Part shown: positions 34,101-47,798 of the stretch, one piece after another
Layout: the number at the start of each line of letters is the position of its first letter
How positions within the stretch are numbered: position 1 is the stretch's first letter
Assembly: GCA_002633005.1 (NCBI GenBank)
Contig: NMRA01000185.1
Coordinates: 403,921-467,920, forward strand
Direction: 5' to 3'
Length of the DNA stretch: 64,000 nt
Source: Phoronis australis
Taxonomy: Eukaryota; Animalia; Phoronida
Translations under genes and position numbers: made by a program
Notes under the pieces: model-generated
What the model saw: only the letters and a program-made list of their open reading frames with translations
Databases searched by the model: none
What the model was told of the DNA's origin: nothing

Positions 34101-37100
34101 ATCTGAACATTCGCATTGTTATCGACTTGATCACGATAGAGGTCCAACGAAATGCATTTTTTACAAACTCGTGGATTTTCTCCCTCACTCGAAACAGTAA
34201 CGCGCGTACATCGTCTGGCGAATTCCGGTCGGACAGAATAGATAAGTCAAAATTAGGATACATGCAATGGAATTCGAACCAAGAATCACATAAGAAACCG
34301 GCTATAAAAGAAAAGAATGCGCTTATCTAAAATCCCCGATTCGACTGACTGGTTCTGAGGTTCGCGAGGCCCCAGTATGTGGGACAATAGAGATGCTAAA
34401 CGTGACCAAGTATCACTTCATGGTACATACCGTATCACATGAAGATGTCACGTGAACGGTTACGCCTATATTAGGGCATTTTCAATTAGAGGGAAACCAG
34501 CACAGCTGATAATTTTTATCCTAAGAGTTATTACGTCAGGGCATGAAACAAAGTGTGATACAAAAATAACTAGACTAAAAAGCGAGGCGCATTGTCTCAA
34601 AACAATTTAGCATTGGTGCCTAACAACTATAAAAAACTCAGCAATTGCACCGATAAAAAGACAAATACTTAAAACTCATGTTCAAAGATGACTGTATTAT
34701 CAAACAGTTGAATACATACAATCACAAGAATGTTTGGTTTAATGGAAAAACTCAACAAGAATATCCTGTCCAGGAACGTTTTAGGCTGCCATAAACCTCC
34801 TTTAGAAACAAAACAAATTTTTACTGAAGAGCAGTTATTAAAAGCACTATGAAGTTGGTCTGGAATTGTCCCTTAGTCAAATTAGGATGTGGTTTCTTGG
34901 CTTGGAAAGATTGACAGTTGGTAATATGGTGATACCAGGCTCCACAAGTTGGCTTGTCACAGTAGCTCTTTTTATGTGCCCAGCATGGTCTCGCGAATCC
35001 ACGCAAGTTCCAAGCTCAACGATAATTTCTCACCTGAGTTAGGGAACATGAGATCAGTCTTATAATATTAAATGGTTCACTAAAATCAGATCATTTTCTT
35101 AGGAGGAGCCTGGGTTCTTAGCTACTTTAAGGAAATGACAGAAATCAAGAAAATTAGGTTTCAAGAACAAAAATTTGCCAATCAAACCAAAAGCAGAAAA
35201 ATGCATTGCTTTGCCCCTCAACACCAGCCACTTGTTCTGCCCTGCTTCAACAGAGCAGTTGTGTGCATTTCAAAATGAGCAGAACACTGTTATATTTGGT
35301 TCACATTACAATGAATAGCAATAACTCTTTACTGGACAATGTTACTTCCTTGTTAGCACAATGTAATAACTCAAACTGGCTGACTGTGTTCAATCTATGT
35401 ACTGTTGACTCAGTGGTAAGCAACAATAATACAGCTCTGAGTGAAATGTAATCACCCAGACAAACAGACAATGATACATCAACATTGTTTTACAGCCAAT
35501 GCTGGTTGGCATCCCTGATTATTTCCTAGTTCTCTGAGTAAAATTCTACATGCGGTCAAACAGAAAATTGCTTTTTAGTGGTGATACTTTTCTGATTATT
35601 TTCCCTGTGCATGTCTCCCAGGGCATTCCCATTACAAAAAAAACTTTCATTTGGTTTAAACTCCAGAGGACAACGGTGGTTTCTAACTTGAGGCTAAATC
35701 CTGACAGACATCAATCAAGCCCATTGTTAAGAGTTCCCAGGTAACAGAGAACTAAAACCTAAAGCACATATTTTGTAAAAATGATTCTACCCTACCATTT
35801 TGCAAGTAATTCAATTAACGGAGTCAAGCAATTAAAAAAATCATCAGTTTTAGTTGACAATATATCAAATTATTTTAGCCAGTGTTTCAACTACCAATGC
35901 AATAGGAACTTAGATTGACTTCTTGATAAAAAGACTTCTTGATCACACCAGTTTTTGTACTAATCTAGTACTGCTAAAGTACAAGATGTAGTGAAAGGGG
36001 TGAGCGGACGAGTTTTTCATGAGACATGCAGTGAAAGCTCATTCAGTGGGAGTTGCCACCGACCAGAGTTGTAGGGTCCGTGCCATGGAGATGCACGTCA
36101 TTCAATCCCTTCATTACAGTTTCAGGTGGGCTTCACTGAGGCATGCAGTAACTTCTTCCTAAAATGTAAAAAGTATAGAAAAACAGTCCCAGTAAGCTAG
36201 GGTAGTTTTAAAACGAAGAAATTTGATTTATCTATTAAACTCAAATTCATTGCAAGTTATTTATAAACATTGCGATGAGGATACCGATTATCATTGTTTC
36301 AGTTGCCAGAGTTTCATATTTCAATATTACTATCAAAGTTTATTAACATTTGCAATATATAGGGTTACTACTTTGAACCTCTTTATATGATACAAAAGTG
36401 CTTTGTCATCTGAACACCAGGGAGTATCTAAGTCAATGGCAAGTCAAATACAGCTTTATGTCTGTTTTAGTACACGCTAACTGTGCCTCCTTTGGACGTG
36501 CCTGCTGTGTCAGTTCAATGTCCTATATATTACCATACTGGTATGCCAGACAAGACTGGAAAACAGGTCTTCTGAAAATAGCACAGGGCGGGAAGATTTA
36601 ACCAGGTTTATCTGATCATTACAGATGTGTAATACAATTGAAAACTAAACAAAAAAAAAACAATCATCAACAGTTGTCAAGCAGTGTGAGGTCAAACACT
36701 GAATTTAGTCAAAACAAGCTTTTTCTGTTTCTCAAATACTTGAGACATTGTGACGGTGTTATGTAATCTGGTTATCTGGTCATTAATCACTAGACAAAAT
36801 ATAAATTGCCCATCTCCATTTTAGTAAATGAAACAAGGCATTATTGGGGGATGAAACTGGTCTATAATTTTCCAAGAAAGTTGTCTAGGAACAAACAGTT
36901 AGCATGATTTTGTCCAAGCAAAACCAGCTGCACCCTTGAAGACATAGTCCAATACTCTTAAAAATGTTCAATTCAAATAAAAAAATATATTAGACCAAAC
37001 ATTTCGAAACAAGGTCTCTTTTTTGCACGTACAAAAATGAAAGAGAACCAGCTTGAGACATTGGATATTCAGTGGAGAAAACTGGTTCTCAAAATTCAGG

Positions 37101-37837
37101 ACTCCTCAGTGTAGTGACTATTACCAAAAACAAATACAAAACTCTGACAATCGTTAGGCGAAAAAATCTTAACTCTCGCACAGATATGATACCGGTAAGT
37201 GGTTTCACCTGAAACGCGCTAACCTGTCTACGCCCTATTGCTTCATTCATTTTATTACAATAGTCGACCTTGATTTTTTGCAGATAAGAGCAGATAAGAA
37301 TAATCTGGAACCAAGCACTTGATAAAGCGTCCAAGAGGTAATTAACTACATGCAACCAACATGCAAGCAATGCGTGACAACATGTGACTGGGTGTCCAAG
37401 TTCTTTAAGTACATTCAGATAAACTCAAAGCCAGGGACAAATGATTTGTCCTAATCTGGGCCACGTTTATCACCCCTGTGACAACTGTAGAGCAGAAGGT
37501 AACAGTATGCCTGTAGGATTGCTGCGGGTAAATTGTTCCAGACAAAACACCTACACATCTACCGAATGCACTTATTAATAATCCGTGACATCACACCGCC
37601 ATATTTATATCCCTCAGCTGTCACCGTCGGAGATAACGTGGATAGGTCTGTTATTAGCCAAGCATCATTGCCAGTGCACCACATGACGAAAATAGGCCAG
37701 AAATAGACAACACTATCATTATTCAATCCTTAAAAACTTTTTTATCAGTGTACAGTGAATGAGCTAAAAGTCTGATAACAGTTCATCAAGTGCTATTGTA
37801 AAATCTTGTCTATTTCAGACAAAAACGATCAACAAAC

Positions 37838-37980
37838 TTACCATTTTTCAAAGTTACCATTTCTCAAAGTTACCATTTCTCAAAGTTACCATTTTTCAAA
37901 GTTACCATTTTTCAAAGTTACCATTTTCCAAATTTACCATTTTTCAAAGTTACCATTTTTCAAAGTTTCACTTTTCAAAT
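37838..37980. repeat. 16-bp minisatellite, about 8-9 copies
   Basis: (ttaccatttttcaaag)n. Confidence 0.95.
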
Positions 37981-38081
37981 TCTTCTAACATTGTTGTGAA
38001 AATTTTCAAAATATTTTCTGATGGCAGCTACAATACAGAATTGAGAAGCGTAAAGCATTTAACTTCATGCTACACCAAGCC

Positions 38082-38220
38082 GTGAGAACAACCTTCACAG
38101 ACCTCGCAACACCACGACTAGCCTAGGTGAGAACAGCCTTCACAGACCTCGCAACACCAAGACTAGCCTAGGTGAGAACAGCCTTCACAGACCTCGCAAC
38201 ACCAAGACTAGCCTAGGCGA
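38082..38220. repeat. 45-bp tandem repeat, 3 copies
   Basis: (gtgagaacagccttcacagacctcgcaacaccaagactagcctag)x3. Confidence 0.95.
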
Positions 38221-38425
38221 GGTGCTTTGCCCCAGCCAAGCACTAAGTCAAGCCTATTCTTAAGGCATGCCAGAGTTAACTGAGCCTTAAATCTTAGGTG
38301 GCAAGAACTGTGCAGGTAATTATTTCTGCCAGATTAGGTTTATTGTAAGGAAACACCAAGGTCATGGCAATGCAATGTCTGCAGGTGATGGGATGAGTGG
38401 GGTGTAGCTTTTGTAAGGGCAACTT

Positions 38426-38696
38426 GTGTCTCGATGCCTTTTATGAAAAAATGAGAAAACACAATTTCACTTTTCCGTCATATTACCGTATGTGCTAAAT
38501 CGTTGAGATTTTAGCGATCCTATTGAAGATTAACCGGAATGATAAAAATCAGAAGCCCAATAATTGTTAATCTTTGAAGAAGAAGCGAACTCACTTGATT
38601 CTTTTCAGTGATCGTGAGTATGGGAATATCTCAATGATTTACAGCACAAGACGACGACAAGTGAAATTTCATTTTCTCATTTTTCATAAAAGACAC
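38426..38696. mobile_element. Foldback/MITE with long imperfect inverted arms
   Basis: cttttatgaaaaaatgagaaaac..aatttcactt vs aagtgaaatt..ttttctcatttttcataaaag; inner taaatcgttgagat vs atctcaatgattta. Confidence 0.7.
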
Positions 38697-41600
38697 AAAC
38701 CATCAAATGAATGCTTTTCCATGTTCTAACCCTGCATCAGAGTTATCGTGACGACCAGACAACATCTTAAAAATTGATGGGCCTACGTAATAACGTGGCC
38801 AATTGTGGCATTTACTTTTGTTCGAAACTGATGAAATTTCACTGCATTAATAGTGCACAGCGTTGAACAATCAGACTCACCAGCCTGAGATAAACAGGCT
38901 AACTCTCCAGACTGCACTGACCTTCTCTTGATGGCGGACACACCTGGAACACACGTAGTAATATCCAGGTCATGTGATTCTGAGCCAGACGAGACGACAA
39001 CTCAAATAGAACAAAAATCTTTTTAATACAACACACATTAGGTATTACTTTACATAACCACTACCATGGCCCCTAGCAAGTACAAAGTTTGTTGCACAAT
39101 CAGGCTTCAAGGTACATGTGTTATACTGCCAGCTTGACACTACCAACCGGTTCTATCACCTATTAGCTAATTAGCTGGTGAAAGTTTTTATACGACAAAA
39201 CGCACCGTGCCTGTTTTTCATATTCATATCTTTTTCAGTTATGAAATTCTAACAGCTGCTATGGCACAACAAGTTTTTATTGAGAATCTCTAATCATGAT
39301 TACAGATTTTCGTGCAGCAATCACGAAAAATTAACAATTTTTTCCGGTTAATTCAAGCTAATGGTAACAATGCAGAAAATGGAAGTGGTTTTGCGTAGTC
39401 TTCACAGAAGTTTCTACTTACGAAAATTCTGCATAAGCGGAGCCAGATTCTCCTTCCGTACAGTAAAATCTCACCAAATAAGGGCATGATACGACGACCA
39501 AGAGAAATTTTAGTAAAAATAGTAAAAATAAAACGACAAGCGTCAGAACGAAAATATATTAAAATATTCACCAAGTTTAGAGCAATGCCTCTTTGTCAAG
39601 GGTACGATACTATTTCATATTCTTATCGGTACGTAACTGCATGGCATTACAGCCTCTATTTGATTTATTTATTACGAGAAATTTCACTTTCTTACTTTTT
39701 CATAAAATATGTGTAGTATGGCCATTATGGCAAACCTTCCTCAAACACCATGGCAACCATCGGAAAATATTTTGAAAAATTGTGGGCATTCACAAAATAT
39801 AAGAAAAGCTTGAAAAAGGGAAAAATAGTAAATTTGGCAATTAGATTTTACCGAAACTGGAAAGATATTTTTACCATATACTTAAGTGGTTGAACTGCAG
39901 AGATAGACAGGCCCACAACAATTGTCATTGACCAGTAGAACCTCCAGCAACACCCACCTCAGTAAATACAGATCAGAACAAAAATGGAGGCTGTGTGGTG
40001 AGTCGCTAATGCAACCCTGGGCCTGCAGCCAAGCATTCATAGGGGTGGGGGCTTCAAGTTCTGTGGAGGTGTCAGACAGGCTATTATGCGGGTAACTCAT
40101 TGTTTCAATCACATCAACAAATTTCCTCCTCAAAAGTACTCAACCAGCGTACTTATGTGAATTATTGTTTGTGTAAAAGTTAACTGAATCTTACTAAATA
40201 ATATCCAGGTACAACTAGCCTACAAATAAAAAGCGATATCAAAAGGGTAATGATTGTACAGTTGGATTCCCGCACGATATACACAGAAAATTCATAGTGA
40301 AGATGCAAGGAAATAATTCCGTGGGCATTATGCGGCAGCTAAAAATGATAGTTTGCAGGCTAAAAATAGCTCTGCAATTGTTACACAACAACCGGTGTGA
40401 CGGAAAGTTAAGTCAAGCCCTGATGACTTGTGTGAAAGCGCAACTATGAATTATAAAACAGCACACTGTATTGGGTGCACAACTCTAGACACCACCTGCA
40501 GCTGAATAAGTTGTTTACGACTTTATACAGATGGATTTGGATTTGAAATAGGCCAAGGTATTCAATGGATCCAAAGCTACAGGGGGTGGGATGTAGGTGG
40601 GTTACTTAAGGGGGATGACCATTAAATTTCAAACAACATAGGAATGAATTAAAAGTAATGACATCCAAGTAGAATTTTCTAAAAAATTCTACACTATGGT
40701 AGTACGTAGGCTGCATACAAAAAGGCATGCTTTGGTAATTTTTTACCATATAATTTACCACAGGATATTTTTGCTGAACAAGTGTTTCTAGCGAGCAAAT
40801 TGTCTGGTGTACTACCGAATGATTGCACCCCAGGGCTAAATTTATTGAAGAACAGAATGCATTAACGATTATGGTAAAAAATCTCCAGTTTGAGACAATA
40901 CAAATGTTAATATTAGAAATAGGCAATAATGGCCATCCCAAAATCAAGAATTGACTGACATCAAACTATCATACACCTAGGCGTTACACACTATGGGGAC
41001 GTGCAAGAGTTGCTGCTAGTTTTGAGGATTCATAAAGAGCGTAATCTATTCTCAGACTCGATACCAAGCGTAGTGTCCGATATTTAAGAAATACAATGAA
41101 CGCCAAAATCACTTGTGTCCCAATCTTCAGAATCAAGGAAATTCAATTTCAGCTTGAATTTCGTTGACTAAATTTTTGAGATGGCTCATTAACTGGAGAT
41201 TTTTTTACCGTAAGCGTTTTGACAACTGGAAAGCACAGGTTGTTGATAAGCCAACTGGCCTCACGTGATTTCTTCATGATAACTTGGCCACCACAAATCC
41301 AATTGAGCACTGAACTCACACCACATTACAGCTGGGGTGGATTGGGTTGGCTTTGCAACACTGGTCCACAAAAGCCCCCATGCACCAGCATGACTTTTAA
41401 CTATATCTTAATATCTTCAGATCATCTAATTAGTAATGAGCACAAAATGTTTGTCAAAAAATTCTAACTTGCTGATAAACCTGACCTATACCCTTATGGC
41501 AACTGATCTTACAGGTGTTTTTCAGGTAACAGTGGTGTATAGAGCAGCATTGCATTATTCACCTGTTAAATTCAAACTTGCATGACTTGTCATTTTTGGC

Positions 41601-44600
41601 TGTTTTTGCCTGACTGAACATCATCAATGAACAGCATGACACACATAACTGGGCTGGTCACGAATCCTAGACGAAAACAAGCCAACATCGTGTTGTGCCT
41701 GCATAGTTGTGCCATACATACGTAGTTGTTGTCGTGGTGCATGGTCAACAATCTGCACTAACATCAATGGGGCTCATGATTACAGGACATCCTGTGAAAC
41801 AAACAAGAGAAGGGCATCAAATTATTTATAGAAGATTTCGTGAGACGCATGAAATAGACAACATCTAGACTACACAAAGGGCACTGATGATGCGCTACAT
41901 ATCAGCCATGAAACTATTTGGCTATTATGCGTGAGGTGACTGTCCTTCGACACTAGTGCAGAATAGATAACTCACGCACCATCGTAGCATGGCCAAGTCA
42001 TTCACCTGAGTGTCTATTTATAAATAAATATATGCCTAAATTCACCCACTTATTTTTTTTCAAAAACATTATATCCAGGAAATATTGGATGCTGTATTTA
42101 TCTTACAATTACAGATTATTTTTAGTAAGAATAAAAATGTCTTTCTTGTGTGTTACTAAATTTGTCTATACCCAAAAACAACATTTGTCAACAACTTCTA
42201 ATTGACTTGCGCGATCACACCTTTACAGTTATAACTAAAGACAAAACACATTCTGCCAAAACAGTGGCTATTAGCATGCTTATGTCTGGTTTCTAGCTGT
42301 GGCATTTAAATACACACAACAAAATCACAGTCCAGAAATAGTGCACGAGTTTCATCATAACTGAATTTAAAGTGGCAATAAACCCACGTTCTGTCCAAGA
42401 CACAAAGTTTATGCAGACCACTTAGCACTGTAACATTGGTCACAGCTTAATTATTTCTGACAGATTTCTCATAACAGAGTTTATACTAGATTAACTCCTA
42501 AATGATTATTAAAAAAAATATAGCCCAATCTATTAGCACTGTTGGGCCACAGACCACATTGAACTCGGCTCTTGAGCGGTGCTACAGTCTCACATCTGAA
42601 ACAAAACACCTAAAGCCAGTAGCAAATCAATGACTATAACCTTATTCAAACAATTTATTTTTGTAGCCCATATGACAAGGAAATGGCTAGGGTCAAAACA
42701 AAATAGCCAAACATACATTGATATGAATAAAAATAAAATCATAAATCATGAAACTGTCACGTGTCTCGTGTCATTGGCTTTCACCACATATGACATATTT
42801 AGTCACAAATATCTATCTTTCTTTAAGTCTACATTTCAATAAAATGTATTTCCTACTCTTGTTGCATTGCCAGCACTCTAGTGACACGCATAGAGAGCTT
42901 AAAAATAATCACATTTTCGTGACAATGCACAATATAATAGATACACGTTTAGATCAACTTGTTTTTCTTTTCATAGTAAATAACCTTCGCATGCAAATAT
43001 GGTTGCCATAATGTCTACCATAATGGCATTATATTTTGAGCCCCAAACTGTCGCAAATGCAGCAAAAGAAATGCAGCTAACCTAAAAAACAAACTTTAAT
43101 TTCCATTTTATCCGAAATAAGTGTAGGAGGAGAAATGTACCCAGTCTCGTCAGCTGCACAAAGGTCAACATTCATAAATAATCCTAATCCACACAATCTG
43201 GTTTACAAATCTGATCGAATTGGATTTAGAAACCACACCAATTTACAAATAACTCAGGAAAGACATGAAAATAGATTGTACATTCATATGAAACCTGTGT
43301 ACCAGTAAGGACACCATGTAAAAGTATAAGACCAACAGTTTTCTGATTGAAACACTGACATTTCCAAGAAAAGGAAAGAGAAACCAGTTTCAGGCCTCAG
43401 GTCCTGGGAAAACAAAAAGACTTTACTCTAGGACAAAGACCTTAGTTTCTGTTAGCTTAATATGCACTAATCGTCTTCCTTTCGGAGGCAAACTTGACAG
43501 GACACTGTGCAGCTTGCATTTTCGGCCTAATTACTTATCAAGTTTAATTCATGGAATGGACATTTCTATGCAGCTTGTATCTAAAGTGAAACTTCAATGT
43601 GAGCTGGCCAAAACCAAACAGATATTTCCGTTGCACTGGCAGTTGGTTCTCAAAATAATTGTCCAAAACCATTCAGTGAAAACAGTGCAGTTGAATAACA
43701 ACAACAGAGGTGTACAAGTAACCAGAGAAAAATGTGTGTGCAGTAGTTTCTGTTTACCTTGGGATGTTGTTACAATGACACAGTTGTAAAAACGGCCCAG
43801 GTAAACAGACTGGGCAGAAATGGAGCAAGCCAACAGTTGCTCAGGTGCGCCCTTTGAATTGACCGACAACAACAAGCACTTTTTCGCAAAGCTGTTGTGG
43901 AGAGACAAAAATGTAATTCCACTGAGTTTGTTGCCCCCTATTGTCCACTGTCTGTCGGACTTCTATCCTGGGAACACATCAATGAAACCCTAAATTAATG
44001 CCATGACACATTGGAATCAAGCTCCATGGGAGAGCTAATGGATGACCCTTACGGTAGTTTTAAAAAAAATGGTCAATGACCTATCTTCTCAGTGAACTTT
44101 GAAGGGTACTACTGTACAGCTAACATTGCTATTTGCGCATTTTTCTTGGTTCATCCTGCTTACCTAAAATGGTATATGGTAACATAAATGTCATGGTGCA
44201 CAATTACTGCTTCAGATATTTCTGTCAAACATCACGCAAATGTCAAACAAATGTTAGACACCCTTTTTGACTCAGTTGTCGTACAATGACTCAGTGCATT
44301 TATCCCCACCTACAGAACAATTGCCGGGCCACATTCCAATGGCTTTCTAAACGCAGAATTCCCATTCAACCAGGCGTTTCGGTAGAAAAACAACCTATTC
44401 ACAACGAGCTGAATCACAAAAGCATGGCTGGTGGACGCCTTAAGGCGCTGCCAAAATTAGAGGGTTCATGGCCTTTGCCGTCTAGAGTACTTGCACCAGT
44501 TATACAATATTTGTGGACAGGTTGGCCAAGTAGAAGGACAAATGTATCCAAAAGCAAATCTAAGAACAGGTGAATGAGGTTATCTAATTGGATACACATG

Positions 44601-45229
44601 CTTTTGCTTAGCCCAGCCCATGGGTGTTACTTAATGTGGGGTCTTTTACTCTTTCAAATTTTGTTTACTCTAAGTTCGTTTGTGAAAATCCGAAATAGGA
44701 GCCACATAGTCTGGTTTGAGGAATGGTCCCAGGTAAAAGCTAAATTGGGATCAAGTCAAAACACACGGTGTATGACGTCTACGGATCACACTCTCAGATC
44801 AGAATTAATATGGGGCAGAAATCAAAGTGGGGCACTCAGTTGTAATCATAGGAGACAAGACAATGAAGGTAAGGCAGATAAATCCAATGGTGGATCACGG
44901 ATTTATTGAGGAGGGGATATAAAGGCAATATGCCCATTGTTGCTTTTTGGCCATGCACTGGTGCAGGGGGAAAGGGGTCTTGTGGCCACTTGCATATGAA
45001 ACCTCAACAGTCCCAGAGACGAGATCAGTTATGTTGATTTGTGCAAACACTGATTTCTTTTCTTCTGCTATTTTATCAACTTTTTAGCTTTGATACATAT
45101 CACGGGTAAACTTTTAAGATGAATTCTTCCGTCAGTGAAAACCTGCAGATGCTCCGTCATGCAAGGTCCCAAAGGAGAAAGTTATTACAGTGCTTGGACA
45201 GACCAACATTAAAAAAGAGGAAATTTTCC

Positions 45230-45369
45230 AGATGTACCGTTCCACAAATAGGTTTGTTAGATAGAAATATTATTTGTGTTGCAAGAAAAGAGGGAACTAG
45301 AAATCAACTGAGAAGAAAATGAAACTAAAAAAGAGGAAATCCTCAAAAACAGAAAAATTCCAAGCCCTG
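45230..45369. mobile_element. MITE family A, partial/degraded copy
   Basis: gaggaaatcctcaaaaacagaaaaattccaagccctg resembles 53441-53477; left end uncertain. Confidence 0.6.
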
Positions 45370-45418
45370 TTATTTGCATTGCAATGAGAGTCCAATTTTC
45401 ACATTTATTATTGGAAAA

Positions 45419-45506
45419 CACGGCAAGAGGGAAAGAGGTCACGGTAAGAGGGAAAGAGGTCACGGTAAGAGGGAAAGAGGTCATGGTAAGAGGGAAAGAG
45501 GTCACG
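45419..45506. repeat. 21-bp tandem repeat, 4 copies
   Basis: (cacggtaagagggaaagaggt)x4. Confidence 0.95.
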
Positions 45507-45887
45507 ACAAGGCCAAGAGTTGGAAAACATTAACATTAGTAAGTAAACGAAGTCCAGAAATGCGAGTAGATTTAGGTAACAGTGGAGTCCCTATTTGCAA
45601 CTGTTTTATGCAACAGTTAAATGGCCTCCTCAAATATTACCAATGAAATTGGACTTTTTGTGAATCTCACATGGTACGCAAGGTTGACCTTGCTGTCCTA
45701 GGTTCAGATATCCCATTCTTGGAATAGAGGATTTAGACAGATGCCCTCCTGTACAGGGTGACATCGGACTCCACATTTCTGTCTCATTTTAGTCATTATA
45801 TAATCTTATTATATTTACCTGGGTCCTTCATCATGAATGGAGCACTGACTGGTGGGAATACATTAATTGTTGCTCTAAAATATTTCA

Positions 45888-46125
45888 CTTTATTATTGTA
45901 ATTATCATTATCAATATTATTATTACTATTACTACTGCCACTGCCACTGCCACTACGACTACTGCTGCTGCTACTGCTGCTGCTACTGATACTGCTACTG
46001 TCATTACTTTACTAACACTAAAACTATCATTACTATATATCTATGACTACTACCAGTATCATTACTATTAATTTTGCTATAAATATCAATACAGTTACTA
46101 TTAGTATAACAATCGTTACTATTTA
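45888..46125. repeat. Low-complexity trinucleotide tract (TTA/CTA/CTG)
   Basis: attattattactattactactgccactgcc...ctgctgctactgct. Confidence 0.85.
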
Positions 46126-47219
46126 AAGGCAATCGTTATAAAACTAGTAAAAATATTAGTACATCCCACAGTACAGTAGAGGGGATTTGCCCAGATATAA
46201 TGGCAGGGAAGGTGTTCACATGCATTTTATACCAGTGGTTGTATCCTCCTGTCCGCATTACATGGAATTTGTAGGTGGTGCTGAACGCTTGTCTACCAAA
46301 GACCGGGCTGCCGTGTGGAGGGTTAGTGAACTTCAATATGCCACGGCTATTTCAAAAATCAGCTTTTGATCTCTACCATCAAAGGGTTGTATGAAATTGA
46401 CTGGAAACAGCCCAATTTTTGACAGGTTGGCATACCTCAACAAAACTGATGGCTTTTTGAAAGTCACTGTACTTGCTGACGTAGTGGATGACATGTTTAG
46501 ACTCAGAGGGAAATCATTTTATAATGGTGTCGATAGGTTTGAAACGTCATACCTTTGTGTCTTTGAGTAACCTGCGACAGTTTAGGTGTCGGGTAAACAG
46601 GAAATACCCCATCCAGAAGATTGTTTGTGGACGCACACAGATACAAAAATTTTCAGTCTCATGCTTAACTAATGTTTATACTACTCTGACAGTTATCTAA
46701 ACATGTACCTGAAACTTGTATTGCTTAAATGGGAGACTTTATGCCTTTGTTTTCTGACTACAGAATTTTCATAAAACAATATTCATAAGTTGTATTTCAA
46801 ATTGTTGAGAATTTCCTACTGCGCACATGCGTGTAGGAATTATGTTCCCTGAGCTCGGTCTCAGTAGTGAACGAATGTAAAGGAATGAATGTGAACCTGG
46901 ATATAATGCAAAAGCGATTTCTGGGGTTGTGCTAAAAACTATGTCCATGTTCTCAAATTCCTGAAAATTAGGTGCGAAACACGGACAGCACTCTTACCCT
47001 TTTTAGTAACTTAATTCTAAACTTACTAAATCTACCATTACTATAGCAACTAAAATCAGCAAGGGGCTTTGGTCGATCCTAAACTGCACTCTAACATTTA
47101 AAAATGTATTTGCATGCTCCTAACTATGCTAATGTATAGCAGAAACTAAACGACAATGCTATTTGAACATTATCGAGGCTAGACAAAGTGCTGCTGTATT
47201 CATTGAAAACTTATAAATG

Positions 47220-47520
47220 TCAAAACAAAAAATTTGCAAATAGGTGACCTTTGCACTAATGACGTACCTTGTGGGGGGCTCACATTGCCCGCATCATACA
47301 GTGTTATTCCCCAACATCACCTCGCGATACATACTGGACACTACTGAACACAGTTGAGTGATTTACAGCAGATCATTTTCAACACAAAACTCCTTCTTGA
47401 AAACATTTGACAATTTTCAACTTAATTCATATTCACATCATCGTTATATTTTGTGTTTCTAACAAATTGACCAAGCAACCACAGAGATAACGATAGTGAG
47501 CAAGTCACACTTTAATGGTA
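47220..47520. repeat. Dispersed repeat; inverted copy of 5750-6060
   Basis: Reverse-complement similarity to 5750-6060. Confidence 0.7.
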
Positions 47521-47798
47521 GCCGTGGCGACAACATAAGTGACAGTAAGTTCATTAAAGGTTCCCTCCTGCCTTTTACCTGCAATATTATTCATCTAGAC
47601 CACTTACACCTACTGTAAATACAACTCTCGTGCCAAACAATGTGCAGTTTAGAATTTTTTTTATTTACCAAATACAGCTAAGTATATTACAAGTAAATAT
47701 TTCTCTAGTCAATTTCCCTTTTGTTTGAATATGTTATGTGATTGCACATTGTATTTCATTTAATTTATTCAACAGATTACATTTTGACATGCATTATC

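Larger units (their letters stand above)
35900..41791 (-). ncRNA. Putative spliced minus-strand non-coding transcript (exons 41563-41791, 38881-38943, and from 36158 downward)
   Basis: Minus-strand splice sites: tcttgtttgtttcacag|...aacag|gtgaat; tgtgttccag|...ctg|gtgagt; tttctatactttttacattttag|gaag. The surrounding region is A/C-skewed on + and CpG-poor. The 3' end is not defined. Confidence 0.35.

Noticed and set aside
36940-37070. Hammerhead ribozyme/Penelope-like palindrome
   Set aside because: Weak inverted repeat with no intact CTGANGA...GAAA core; other CTGATGA hits in the window also lack the required stems.
45046-45070. Resemblance to the reverse complement of miR-29b
   Set aside because: The seed region does not match and no precursor hairpin is evident.
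45257-45646. KRERGHG and TSFPLTV repeat ORFs
   Set aside because: Translations of a 21-bp tandem repeat; no splice or homology support.
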